Positions 8,709 through 17,074 of a DNA stretch of 37,978 nucleotides are shown here, piece after piece (positions within the stretch are counted from its first letter, which is position 1; each line of letters opens with the position of its first letter). Below the pieces are notes generated by a model that saw only the letters and a list, made by a program, of their open reading frames with translations, was not told the DNA's origin and ran no database searches. Made by a program: the position numbers and the translations under genes. The stretch is from a virus. The DNA lies in the UHGV virus genome UHGV-0283905; one strand, written 5' to 3'.

Positions 8709-9959
8709 TTATTCCCCCGCCATCCACTTCTCAAACTTCGACGGGGAGAACGGAATCAGATCCGTATGCTCCCCGTCAATCCAAGAATCAATCATATCGG
8801 CCCACTGCTGCAACATGTAGGCGCGCTGTCTGGCGTATTCCGCTTTGTTATATACGGCGCGCACACCTTTCTGCTCATGTGCCAGAGCCTTTTCAATCCA
8901 GTCTGAAGGATAACCAGCCTCATGCAACAACGTACTGGCTGTACGGCGCATATCGTGTACGGTGAAGTCCTGAATATGCTCACCATCTTCATTTATTATT
9001 TTCACCGTTCTGTCGATCAGAGAGTTCAGTGCGGCATTAGATAATGGCTTCCGGAAATTGTAACGACCAGGAACCAGGTATTCACTTCCACCAGCGCACA
9101 TCTGCAACCCGACCAATATATCCTGTGCCTGTTTAGGCAGGTAAATAACGTGCGCCCGGCTTCCTTTCATGCGGTCTGAAGGAATTGTCCATGTCCATTT
9201 TTTAAAATCTATTTCATCCCACGTTGCATTGGTGAATTCGCCCTTACGAACCATAGTGATAAGCACCAGTTTTAAAGCCATTTTCATAGTGCCCATAGCA
9301 CCAATGGCATCCAGCGTGCGGAAGAACAGGCCAATTTCTTCTGGTGTCAGTGTTCGCTCTCGTGGTTTAAATATGGCGATAGACGAAGGTTTAATGTCAG
9401 CCGCAGGATTAAACAAACCATGACCACGGTCATTGGCGTGACGGTATACGCTGCTGATGATCTCCCTGGCCTGCACTGCTGTTGCCCGGCCACCGCGTTC
9501 GACAATCCGGTCACACAAATCACGAACCATCGATGTGGTAATTTCAGCCATCATTTTATTGCCAAGAACCGGAAGTATGTCACGGTCGATCACCGCCTGT
9601 TTCATTGCGCGGGTACTGTCAGCCAGGATGACGTGTTTCATATAACTGTCGGTATGTACCGCAAACGTCTCGGCACCACGAATCTTTTTGATACCGTCAC
9701 GTTTAGCCGCAGCCGGTGACTGGCCTGCTTTAAGCAGCTTCTTTGCAGCAATCAGTTCTTCTCGCGCTTCTGCCAGGCTGATACCGTCACGCCCATACTG
9801 CCCGATTACCAGCGTTTCGCGGCGACCGTTGATACGGTAGTCGTAGCGAAACGAGACCGTGCCTGACGTAAGCACAGCCACATACAGCCCGTCACGATCG
9901 GAAACTTTGTACAGTTTGTCCTGTGGCTTGAGGTTTTTTAATTTTGTATCGGTAAGCAC
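8709..9959 (-). CDS. int: tyrosine integrase, P4-type
   Basis: 416 aa; N-terminal arm-binding-like segment LKPQDKLYKVSDRDGLYVAV; C-terminal catalytic region with HDMRRTASTLL and AHEQKGVRAVY (catalytic Tyr). Confidence 0.9.
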   Translation of the reverse strand: MLTDTKLKNLKPQDKLYKVSDRDGLYVAVLTSGTVSFRYDYRINGRRETLVIGQYGRDGISLAEAREELIAAKKLLKAGQSPAAAKRDGIKKIRGAETFAVHTDSYMKHVILADSTRAMKQAVIDRDILPVLGNKMMAEITTSMVRDLCDRIVERGGRATAVQAREIISSVYRHANDRGHGLFNPAADIKPSSIAIFKPRERTLTPEEIGLFFRTLDAIGAMGTMKMALKLVLITMVRKGEFTNATWDEIDFKKWTWTIPSDRMKGSRAHVIYLPKQAQDILVGLQMCAGGSEYLVPGRYNFRKPLSNAALNSLIDRTVKIINEDGEHIQDFTVHDMRRTASTLLHEAGYPSDWIEKALAHEQKGVRAVYNKAEYARQRAYMLQQWADMIDSWIDGEHTDLIPFSPSKFEKWMAGE

Positions 9960-10001
9960 AATTCACCCGTATAGAAACCATTTTCATGACGGTATGAGAG
10001 T

Positions 10002-10016
10002 ATACCTTTAAGGTAA
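10002..10016. promoter_or_regulatory. dyad site ATACCtttaaGGTAA about 43 bp upstream of the integrase start
   Basis: Variant of the TTACC-N5-GGTAA motif. Confidence 0.45.
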
Positions 10017-10248
10017 TACCGTCACCTGTACCGCCAAAAAATATGGTGTAGAGTGAATAGAAATGAATACATAAAAACAAAAACCCTCTGCAAAAACAGA
10101 GGGTTAAGTTGACATCTGAATAGAAATGATTTGCTATGAGTTAGCTGTTAATCATTCCCACTCAATTATTTACGGACACCATAACTAATTGAGTGATAAC
10201 ATTTTTCCAAAGATGAATTTTTCTCGTACCGTTTTATATACCGTCACC
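10016..10248. repeat. direct repeats in the int-proximal non-coding region (candidate attP arm sites)
   Basis: TGAATAGAAATGA at 10054..10066 and 10118..10130; ATACCGTCACC at 10016..10026 and 10238..10248; they flank a hairpin at 10084..10103. Confidence 0.4.
10072..10103 (-). terminator. intrinsic terminator ending the lysis/late transcript before int
   Basis: CCCTCTG-caaaaa-CAGAGGG hairpin; minus-strand RNA continues UUUUUGUUUUU. Confidence 0.7.
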
Positions 10249-10276
10249 GGAAATCAGTACCATGAAAAATGCCATG

Positions 10277-10759
10277 CTATCTGGTCAGTGTGTCGTACTG
10301 TTTTTCGCAGACTCTTCCGGCTTCGGCTGCCCGGTCAGCATACTCTGCCAGTTGTCTGTTTCTCTCGAGAGATTTGCTGAGCACGTCGGCAAGCAAAACT
10401 CCGGTGTCTGCGGCTGACGTCCCAGCGCCGACAATGGCGTTATACTGCCTGAGCTGCTCACGGATGGCAAAGAGTTGTTGCTGCAACCGGCCAGCGCGAG
10501 CGGCAGCATCAAGAGCATCATTGCGCGCCTGGTCGATCCTCTGCTGAGCTTCACGTTCATTGGCCACTTTCTCCTGTTCGTAGTACTGACGAACTTTGTC
10601 TTCTTCGGCTTTGCGGTCTTCTTCCGCCTGCGCATACCCGGCATCGTACTGGCGACTGCCGTGTATATTCCAGGAAACCACTCCGACGATGAACAGAGCA
10701 GCAAGCATCAACACAATAAGCATCTGTTTCCAATATGCTTTTACGAATGCCCAGATCAT
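10277..10759 (-). CDS. i-spanin (Rz-like)
   Basis: 160 aa; N-terminal TM helix MLIVLMLAALFIVGVV then charged coiled-coil periplasmic domain; directly downstream of the endolysin (ATGA overlap). Confidence 0.75.
   Translation of the reverse strand: MIWAFVKAYWKQMLIVLMLAALFIVGVVSWNIHGSRQYDAGYAQAEEDRKAEEDKVRQYYEQEKVANEREAQQRIDQARNDALDAAARAGRLQQQLFAIREQLRQYNAIVGAGTSAADTGVLLADVLSKSLERNRQLAEYADRAAEAGRVCEKQYDTLTR
10285..10560 (-). CDS. o-spanin (Rz1-like lipoprotein) embedded in the +1 frame of Rz
   Basis: Internal ATG at 10560 gives MNVKLSRGSTRRAMMLLMLPLALAGC... with lipobox LAGC and a Pro/Ser-rich mature part; AGGAG upstream; ORF table frame is 10285..10704. Confidence 0.6.
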   Translation of the reverse strand: MNVKLSRGSTRRAMMLLMLPLALAGCSNNSLPSVSSSGSITPLSALGRQPQTPEFCLPTCSANLSRETDNWQSMLTGQPKPEESAKNSTTH

Positions 10760-11385
10760 ATAGCCAGCACCTTACTGGCAGTGACGTACCGCGCGCGCCG
10801 GTCGTCGATGCCGTTCCGGCCACCATTGATAATCAGAGTTACACGTGCAATATCGCCGGTATACTTCATGCATCCTTTGCTGGCAAAGAACCACGCCGCG
10901 CTACGAGCCGCGTATTCGTCCTGCGCCAGCAGTTCAGGACTCTCCAGCAGGTCAACCTTAAGACCGTTTCCACAGTCACGATAGTTATTCAAACCGGTAA
11001 TCTGGATAAGTCCGCGACCACGGTAATTCCAGCCATCACCAGAGGCATTGTTACCCATGCGTTTGCTGTACACCAGATTTGCGATCGCGCGCTGGCGCTC
11101 GAGTGGCAATGGTGGCTCACCAGCACGGCGGCCCAGTGCGTTAGCCTGTCCCTGGGTGAGACGCCCAGCCCGAACGAAGTTAGCCAGTCCGGTGACGCTG
11201 TAGTTGAAATTTTCCTGCAACCGGTTGAAGCCACCAGACTCATGCCCGACCTGAGCAATAAACATTGCCTGATCTTCGGGTTTGCTGATACCAAACTCTT
11301 TCATCGCAGAAGTTATATGCGAGAACCAGCGTGCGGCCAGCGCCTCGCTAATACCAGCAGCTCGCTGGAATTGTTTAATCTCCAT
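10756..11385 (-). CDS. endolysin, glycoside hydrolase family 19 (chitinase-like)
   Basis: Start at internal ATG 11385 (MEIKQFQRAAG...); motifs FIAQVGHESGGF and YRGRGLIQITGLNNY; resembles epsilon15/SPN1S-like endolysins from memory; the longer table ORF (to 11616) is a hydrophobic extension overlapping the holin gene. Confidence 0.85.
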   Translation of the reverse strand: MEIKQFQRAAGISEALAARWFSHITSAMKEFGISKPEDQAMFIAQVGHESGGFNRLQENFNYSVTGLANFVRAGRLTQGQANALGRRAGEPPLPLERQRAIANLVYSKRMGNNASGDGWNYRGRGLIQITGLNNYRDCGNGLKVDLLESPELLAQDEYAARSAAWFFASKGCMKYTGDIARVTLIINGGRNGIDDRRARYVTASKVLAI

Positions 11386-11683
11386 GTTTAGACCTCGATA
11401 TTTTGAAAATATGAACAACGTTACCGCGTGTTTTAATAACCGCGGCAAGCATGACAGCGTTGATAATGACCTCAGATAAATCCACAGCCATTGGCGTGCG
11501 TAACCAGATTGCATAGACGACACGAACAGGAATACTTGCCGCAGCAACAATAAGGAAATAAGCAAGCCACCCTCCCCATCTTCGATGTTGAGAGCCGTTA
11601 CGCCGGAATGTGACAACGCGAATTGCTATGCCAGTACAAATAACTGCATTGGTGATAAGCAAAAAAAACTCATGCGTTACCAT
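11375..11683 (-). CDS. holin-like membrane protein
   Basis: 102 aa, three predicted TM segments, charged C-terminus, ends 11 nt into the endolysin start. Confidence 0.5.
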   Translation of the reverse strand: MVTHEFFLLITNAVICTGIAIRVVTFRRNGSQHRRWGGWLAYFLIVAAASIPVRVVYAIWLRTPMAVDLSEVIINAVMLAAVIKTRGNVVHIFKISRSKHGD

Positions 11684-12074
11684 CGTCTTTTCTCCCCGGA
11701 ATTAACTCGCGTGGATTATCGGAACGGTGATAGAGCCAGATGCCAATACGCACGGCGACAATTGCTGACACGAATGCGCCTGCAGAGAAAACAATCCCTT
11801 TTTCAAAAGAGTCCTGCGTGATGGTAGGGATCAGGCTGGCTATGCCGATAAGAATTGATGCTGCTGGTTTGTAAAAGAGAAGGCCGCAAAGAAAGCTGAG
11901 CATCGACAGGAGCACCCGGCGACGGATGGGGTACTCTACTGCAGAGGTAACAAAAATTACCGCCCCAGCCAAAGCCCCTAAAGCAACCTCCGGAGGGACA
12001 CCTGCAATAACCGCAGCAAGAGAACTAACACTAAGCCACTGATTTGAAGTTTCATTGGTTAGTTGGAATGACAT
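11670..12074 (-). CDS. multi-pass membrane protein (second holin or antiholin candidate)
   Basis: 134 aa, 4-5 hydrophobic segments, first gene of the lysis cassette. Confidence 0.45.
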   Translation of the reverse strand: MSFQLTNETSNQWLSVSSLAAVIAGVPPEVALGALAGAVIFVTSAVEYPIRRRVLLSMLSFLCGLLFYKPAASILIGIASLIPTITQDSFEKGIVFSAGAFVSAIVAVRIGIWLYHRSDNPRELIPGRKDDGNA

Positions 12075-12146
12075 AACGAAACCCGTTTATTTGCAAACAC
12101 CCTGCTTCAGGAAAAGTATACCGCGCAACAACACACCATTTACGGT

Positions 12147-14609
12147 TCAATTCCCTGTTAATTGCAAAACTTGCTCTTCCAGCTTTTTAACCCTGCGTCT
12201 CATCATCGCAGATTCCAGAATCAGAGCCTCTTCATAACGGATACCGTAACATTCACCAGCCTCGACGGCTTCGCGTACCAGAACCTTTGTCTGTATAAGT
12301 GGGTAAACTCCTGCAGAATGCTCTTCTTCCGTCACATCCCTGTATTCTGCCGGGGTCTCATTCCACTTGTCATAACAGATAAATGCCAGTCGTGACACAT
12401 CTATGCCTTCATTCTGAAATACACTGATAACATGCTGCGCAACTGCACCAAAGTGCCATCTTGCTCCGTCTTTACCTTTCACTTCGATCCTGTCAAGGTA
12501 CTGGTATGAAACCCATTCCACTCTTTCCCATGCGTCCAGTATTTTCTCATCAATAACCTCTGGAGCAGTCTTGAAACGCGCATCGGACAGCACCGTAAAC
12601 GCTGACTGGGTAAATCCCCCCGACCATGCACGACCAGCCAACCCAAGAGAATAAGTATTCGTTGTCGATGGTGTCATGGCTGAATCAGAAAACTGTATAT
12701 ATTCTGAATTTCCAGTAGATATTCGAATATTTCCATTTATTAGCGACATAGTGCCTTTAGTATTATCACTATTGAATAATTTCAATTGCGAACTTATACC
12801 GCCTCCCACAGCCAGAGATACATCGCCTTCAGCAAGCATTCTGAATTTATCTGCAGAAACAAGCGTCTGGTTAGCAAGGTTAAAATATTTAACCCACCAT
12901 TCAAAACGCCCTGACATAGTCCCAACGTACTGACCAAGCGCAGGGACGTGAACAACATTGCTATTTGTAGTGCCGTCTATACTGGAAATACCAGTCACCG
13001 CTGATGCAGAACTCAGAATATTATTTCTGTCACCCGGATGTTTAATTTCAACAAAGTTCCTGATACACCCTTCCTCGAAGGTAACCACGCCGGAAGAACT
13101 ATACATGGGGAATATTGACGCATAATTACTGCGTGCAGCATCTAAGAAACGAATGGTTGTAGATGCCTGCAGATCTCCTGATTCATTTTTCCCATCACAC
13201 CCAGTCATTAGAATATTACTGGCAATATTATTATTTCCCTGAACGGTGACGCCGTGCGCCTGCTTTGCGTCCGATTCAGAGTAATCAACCAGCACATCCG
13301 AAATCAGGTTACCAGTCCCCTTGCCAACAACTACTGCGGCGTATTTTGGGTTGTTAGCCATTACACTGCTAATGATATTATTCGTTGGGGCAGTTTCCGT
13401 CTCAGTTCCATTGTAAACAACGTGCTGACACTCTTCACCAATAACATTGCTGACAATGTTATATTTTGCTGCTGTTTTAAGTTCCACTGCACCAAACTGA
13501 GGATAATTTCTGGCTATCACACCATCAATTAGCGTATTTTGCGATGAATCAAAAAGCACACAACCTGCTTTTTTATTATTTGCGAACCCTAAATACTCTC
13601 CTCTTATATCTCTAACAATGTAACCTGACGGAATACCATTATCCGGATAAGCGATCAAGCTAAATCCTGGTCCTCGCGTATTTGTAAATCTGATATTTTT
13701 AACCGATACATCATGGCCACCTGAAAATGACACCTGGTGTCCCTGCACACTATCATCTGATTTATTTCCCATAATTGTTAGCGTACTAAGCATGCCACCA
13801 TCGGGCATGTTAAAAACCAGATGATTACCATCTCTGTCATACTGTTTTATCGTTCCCCCACCTGTTCCGTACAAGCCACAACGTGAAAGAGAAACTAAAG
13901 ATGTATTGAATACCCCTTCCGGAACAAAAACACTGCTAAACGAATGTAATGATTTTGTAAAAGCATCCTTGTTATCATTTAAGATTCCATTTTGAGCTCC
14001 AAAATCCTTAATGCTGACACCATCACGCATCTTATCCTGGAACGTTCTGTATACCGCTCCAGAACCATACTGAATAAACCAACCAAAACCACCAATAACT
14101 CCGGCGATTGCAGCATCGACATAATTACGCATTGAGCGATTATTTACAGCGTCCTGCTCAAGTGATGGATCGGCAAGGTTAGATATTCTGTTTTGCTTTG
14201 CATCGTAATATTTTGCAAGCAAAGATGGTTTCATCAATGCACGTCTGAACCACCCAAAACATCGCTGGATCAGCATCGTCAGGTAGTCAAATGCATCCTC
14301 ATGAACTTCGGGGAAAAATTTTCCCTGATTGCGAAGATCAGTCTCCTGCACCACATCAAGCACACGCTCTATCGTGATTCGCCAGCCAGCAGCAAGCGGC
14401 GACGGAAGAACCACTGCACCGCCACTATAAGTTCCCGCCCCTGTTACCGTATAACCAGCATCCAGCACTAGTTTTGTAACGTTACCGTTAAGGTCAGACA
14501 CCTGAACAACCAGGTCGGATTTTTTGAAAATACGGAAGGTATACGGAAATGATGTCGTAACGCCGTTACCTGTGTATTCGTTGTGGTCAACTTCGGTTGA
14601 GACCGTCAT
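12147..14609 (-). CDS. tailspike / tail fibre with central beta-helix (depolymerase-like) and C-terminal S74-type intramolecular chaperone
   Basis: 820 aa; conserved N-terminal particle-binding segment; AT-richer middle with beta-helix-like repeats; C-terminal LSDARFK...RWHFGAVAQ autoproteolytic chaperone motif. Confidence 0.85.
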   Translation of the reverse strand: MTVSTEVDHNEYTGNGVTTSFPYTFRIFKKSDLVVQVSDLNGNVTKLVLDAGYTVTGAGTYSGGAVVLPSPLAAGWRITIERVLDVVQETDLRNQGKFFPEVHEDAFDYLTMLIQRCFGWFRRALMKPSLLAKYYDAKQNRISNLADPSLEQDAVNNRSMRNYVDAAIAGVIGGFGWFIQYGSGAVYRTFQDKMRDGVSIKDFGAQNGILNDNKDAFTKSLHSFSSVFVPEGVFNTSLVSLSRCGLYGTGGGTIKQYDRDGNHLVFNMPDGGMLSTLTIMGNKSDDSVQGHQVSFSGGHDVSVKNIRFTNTRGPGFSLIAYPDNGIPSGYIVRDIRGEYLGFANNKKAGCVLFDSSQNTLIDGVIARNYPQFGAVELKTAAKYNIVSNVIGEECQHVVYNGTETETAPTNNIISSVMANNPKYAAVVVGKGTGNLISDVLVDYSESDAKQAHGVTVQGNNNIASNILMTGCDGKNESGDLQASTTIRFLDAARSNYASIFPMYSSSGVVTFEEGCIRNFVEIKHPGDRNNILSSASAVTGISSIDGTTNSNVVHVPALGQYVGTMSGRFEWWVKYFNLANQTLVSADKFRMLAEGDVSLAVGGGISSQLKLFNSDNTKGTMSLINGNIRISTGNSEYIQFSDSAMTPSTTNTYSLGLAGRAWSGGFTQSAFTVLSDARFKTAPEVIDEKILDAWERVEWVSYQYLDRIEVKGKDGARWHFGAVAQHVISVFQNEGIDVSRLAFICYDKWNETPAEYRDVTEEEHSAGVYPLIQTKVLVREAVEAGECYGIRYEEALILESAMMRRRVKKLEEQVLQLTGN

Positions 14610-14713
14610 GTTAAATCTCCAGATAGTCGCAGCACCCGTTGCGCCGCATATCTGGTTATTCTATTACCCAAAAAACCATATATGGATAGAAAGACTGTGA
14701 ATATGAATAGATA

Positions 14714-14728
14714 TTACCTTTCAGGTAA
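14714..14728. promoter_or_regulatory. dyad site TTACCtttcaGGTAA upstream of the LexA-box promoter
   Basis: Exact motif; identical in sequence to the site at 33667..33681. Confidence 0.5.
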
Positions 14729-14746
14729 TTTGCAAAACGTGCTGGA

Positions 14747-14767
14747 TAGCAAACAAATTATTTGCTA
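14747..14767. promoter_or_regulatory. inverted repeat TAGCAAA-N7-TTTGCTA abutting the LexA box
   Basis: Read directly; second palindrome in the same promoter region. Confidence 0.35.
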
Positions 14768-14783
14768 CTGTATAAATATACAG
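14768..14783. promoter_or_regulatory. LexA (SOS) box CTGTATAAATATACAG
   Basis: Fits the enterobacterial CTGT-N8-ACAG consensus with AT-rich centre; 22 bp upstream of the RBS of the 85-aa gene. Confidence 0.75.
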
Positions 14784-14805
14784 TTATTGCATGGAGAAGA
14801 TTAAG

Positions 14806-15063
14806 ATGCAGCAGTATCACTATCCACTGGAAGAGGGATTTACCGAAAGGATTCACACGCCGGGAGGCGTCAGGTCACTGGTGGAGGGATCGCACTTGAT
14901 GAAATTACTCCGGGATCTCGATAAGGATGGATTTAATGTCGATGGCCCACTTGCCGAACTGACTGCACTGATTAACTACGTCACCAGCTCACAGATGTCT
15001 ATGCGGGATCTGCAAACACATCTCGACTATTGTGCCGAACAATTACGAAAACAAACCAGATAA
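14806..15063 (+). CDS. small SOS-controlled protein, candidate antirepressor (85 aa)
   Basis: ATG 14806 preferred (GGAGAAG 6 nt upstream; table start 14791); paralogous to the C-terminal domain of the Bro-N protein. Confidence 0.55.
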   Translation: MQQYHYPLEEGFTERIHTPGGVRSLVEGSHLMKLLRDLDKDGFNVDGPLAELTALINYVTSSQMSMRDLQTHLDYCAEQLRKQTR

Positions 15064-15094
15064 GGTTTGCAATTACCAAGTGGAGTGCTTATAT

Positions 15095-15109
15095 TTACCT
15101 TTGAGGTAA
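15095..15109. promoter_or_regulatory. dyad site TTACCtttgaGGTAA
   Basis: Exact motif, flanked by inverted GGAGTGC / GCACTCC. Confidence 0.45.
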
Positions 15110-15200
15110 ATTTACATCGCACTCCTCTTATGCCATAGTAATCGGGCACTGGCAAAATCCAGTGCCGGGATTGGCGTCCCGGGTTACTAAGTGGCGCATA

Positions 15201-15222
15201 CCACGCCAGACGTGGTTTTTTT
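15201..15222 (+). terminator. intrinsic terminator inside the intergenic region between the two antirepressor-locus genes
   Basis: CCACG-ccaga-CGTGG hairpin followed by TTTTTTT. Confidence 0.7.
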
Positions 15223-15351
15223 ATGCGTTAAGCACAGCTCAGCTATATCCGAATTATGGTGGGCTGGGCAGGGGTCCGAAAGGACGCCGGTACCACTTAG
15301 GCCGGTACGCCAACCTTGTCCAGTTCACCACCAGTAATTGGCGTTGCGGTG

Positions 15352-15365
15352 GTGATTAAAATCAC
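15352..15365. promoter_or_regulatory. 14-bp palindrome GTGATTAAAATCAC immediately upstream of the Bro-N gene RBS
   Basis: Perfect dyad; ACTAAGTGG direct repeats at 15186..15194 and 15364..15372. Confidence 0.4.
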
Positions 15366-15383
15366 TAAGTGGAGATAACCACC

Positions 15384-16094
15384 ATGGCTAATGCTCAAAC
15401 TGCCATCTTCAAATTTGAATCTGTTAACCCTATCCGTTCCATCATTATCGATGGCCAACCATGGTTTGTAGCCCAAGACGTTTGTAGTGCGCTGCGTATC
15501 CAAAACGTCACCCAAGCACTTGAAAAACTGGATGATGATGAAAGGTCTATGTTCAACATAGGGCATGAACATCGTGCAATTTTTGACAGCCGAGTAAAAG
15601 AGATCAACATCATCTCCGAGTCAGGCCTCTACACACTGATCCTCCGCTGCCGCGACGCAGTGACACCAGGCACTATCCCCTACCGCTTTCGCAAATGGGT
15701 TACAGGTGATGTTCTTCCTCAGATCCGTCGCACCGGAAGTTACATTAAAAACTCGCTCCCGCAGGAAGAACGCATAAAGATGGTTGCCGACCAGGTAGCC
15801 AGCGCCACAGCATCAGCAGTGATGCAGGCAATGAAGGTAGAGAACAAAACCTACAGCGCCCCACTGAAGCCCGGCTACCGCAGCCTGATTCATTCGCCGT
15901 CTGGTGTTCTTGGCCTGACGGAGAACTCACTGCTGATGAATCTGCTGAACCAGTTACAGGACGACGGGCATGACGTATCGGGCGCGGCGGCGGAGCTGAC
16001 CACCATGTTCTGCTACATCGTCGGTGTGAGCAAATGCCTGCGTGATATCCAGACGCACGCGGAGTACATCAGCGACAAAGCAGGGTTCTTCTGA
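15384..16094 (+). CDS. Bro-N domain protein (antirepressor-type) with C-terminal domain paralogous to the upstream 85-aa protein
   Basis: ATG 15384 with GGAGA RBS (table start is GTG 15369); N-terminus FKFESVNPIRSIIIDGQPWFVAQDVCSALRI fits Bro-N. Confidence 0.75.
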   Translation: MANAQTAIFKFESVNPIRSIIIDGQPWFVAQDVCSALRIQNVTQALEKLDDDERSMFNIGHEHRAIFDSRVKEINIISESGLYTLILRCRDAVTPGTIPYRFRKWVTGDVLPQIRRTGSYIKNSLPQEERIKMVADQVASATASAVMQAMKVENKTYSAPLKPGYRSLIHSPSGVLGLTENSLLMNLLNQLQDDGHDVSGAAAELTTMFCYIVGVSKCLRDIQTHAEYISDKAGFF

Positions 16095-16160
16095 CGGGCG
16101 GCGGCACAGGGATGTGCCTTTAAAATAATCATTGGCGATGTGATGTAGATTCGCGTAATA

Positions 16161-16175
16161 TTACCTTAAAGGTAA
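16161..16175. promoter_or_regulatory. dyad site TTACCttaaaGGTAA overlapping the RBS region of the 55-aa gene
   Basis: Exact motif, followed directly by AGGAGG and ATG 16188. Confidence 0.5.
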
Positions 16176-16187
16176 AGGAGGCGCGAT

Positions 16188-16355
16188 ATGACAGCGTTGA
16201 AAAATCGTACTCAGCACAATGAACAAGCCAAGCAATGCTGGGATGTCATTGGAAAAGTTATGCTTGGTCGCGCAAGCAAAGAGCGCGACAAGGATATGGT
16301 TTACCAGACAGGAACATCTTTTAGCGACTTCAAGGCGGCATTTCGCTCCAAATAG
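16188..16355 (+). CDS. small hypothetical protein (55 aa); not in the ORF track
   Basis: ATG 16188 with AGGAGG RBS; translation MTALKNRTQHNEQAKQCWDVIGKVMLGRASKERDKDMVYQTGTSFSDFKAAFRSK; stop TAG 16353..16355. Confidence 0.4.
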   Translation: MTALKNRTQHNEQAKQCWDVIGKVMLGRASKERDKDMVYQTGTSFSDFKAAFRSK

Positions 16356-16375
16356 AAGCACATCAGGAGTTTTCC

Positions 16376-16819
16376 TTGAAGTTTAACATTAGAATATCTA
16401 ATAGTTTTCTACATGGGGAAAGCAACACCCCTTTCGCTGTAGACGGACCTTTCCTTACTGATGATGAAATAAAAATCATACAAAGGTTTTTAGAGGATGT
16501 TGCCAATGGAAGGGCGCTTGTTGGAAAAAACAAGCCATCGTGGGTTGATGATAACCATGATAAAATTCCCGGCTCAGACAATTATGAGCAAGAGAATTAT
16601 TGGCATTATCATTGTGGGCCAACATGGTATCCAAACACATTTAAGAATTATACCATTAACTTAAATTTCAACCCTGGCGGAATGCATTCTAATGAATGCA
16701 TTCATTATGCAAAAAATGATAATGAAATTGTCATTGTTGGATTTTCAAGAGAACACATACCTTTCCTTTCATCAGATGGAAACAACAATCCGCTTTTTAA
16801 TGATGAAGAAGAAGAATAA
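16376..16819 (+). CDS. AT-rich acidic hypothetical protein (moron), 147 aa, TTG start
   Basis: Markedly lower GC than neighbours by eye; CAGGAG 6 nt before TTG; about 23 Asp/Glu vs about 11 Lys/Arg; C-terminal NDEEEE; followed by a strong terminator. Confidence 0.5.
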   Translation: MKFNIRISNSFLHGESNTPFAVDGPFLTDDEIKIIQRFLEDVANGRALVGKNKPSWVDDNHDKIPGSDNYEQENYWHYHCGPTWYPNTFKNYTINLNFNPGGMHSNECIHYAKNDNEIVIVGFSREHIPFLSSDGNNNPLFNDEEEE

Positions 16820-16840
16820 GCCCGCGCTGCGGGCTTTTTT
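16819..16840 (+). terminator. intrinsic terminator after the AT-rich moron
   Basis: AGCCCGC-gct-GCGGGCT hairpin plus TTTTTT. Confidence 0.75.
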
Positions 16841-16912
16841 GTGGACGAAACAAAAGTCAGTGCTACACTCATTGACGCCACATTGAGGTGGCTTATAGAT
16901 GGAAATTTCACA

Positions 16913-17074
16913 ATGAAAAAAGCATTTGCTGCACTGTTCGTTTTGTTGTCTCTGGTAGCTTCAACTCAGGCCTTTGCCGGTCGTTGTCAGCACGACAGCG
17001 ATACTGCCGCTGACGGCTCCCGCTGCGGTGGGCGTTCTGCGGATTCCCGCCCGGGCGGCGGTGGCATTCGTTAA
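16913..17074 (+). CDS. small secreted peptide (53 aa) with signal peptide
   Basis: Internal ATG of table ORF 16841..17074; MKKAFAALFVLLSLVASTQAFA then a 31-aa Gly/Arg/Asp-rich part with two Cys. Confidence 0.4.
   Translation: MKKAFAALFVLLSLVASTQAFAGRCQHDSDTAADGSRCGGRSADSRPGGGGIR

Noticed and set aside
10475-11391. Plus-strand ORFs (169 aa, 218 aa and others) overlapping Rz, Rz1 and the endolysin
   Set aside because: They are antisense to a coherent lysis cassette, have no RBS, and their translations are low-complexity; judged to be shadow ORFs.
11386-11616. N-terminal 77-aa extension of the endolysin ORF
   Set aside because: It is hydrophobic and low-complexity, overlaps the holin gene in another frame, and the internal ATG at 11385 gives a protein that begins like known GH19 endolysins.
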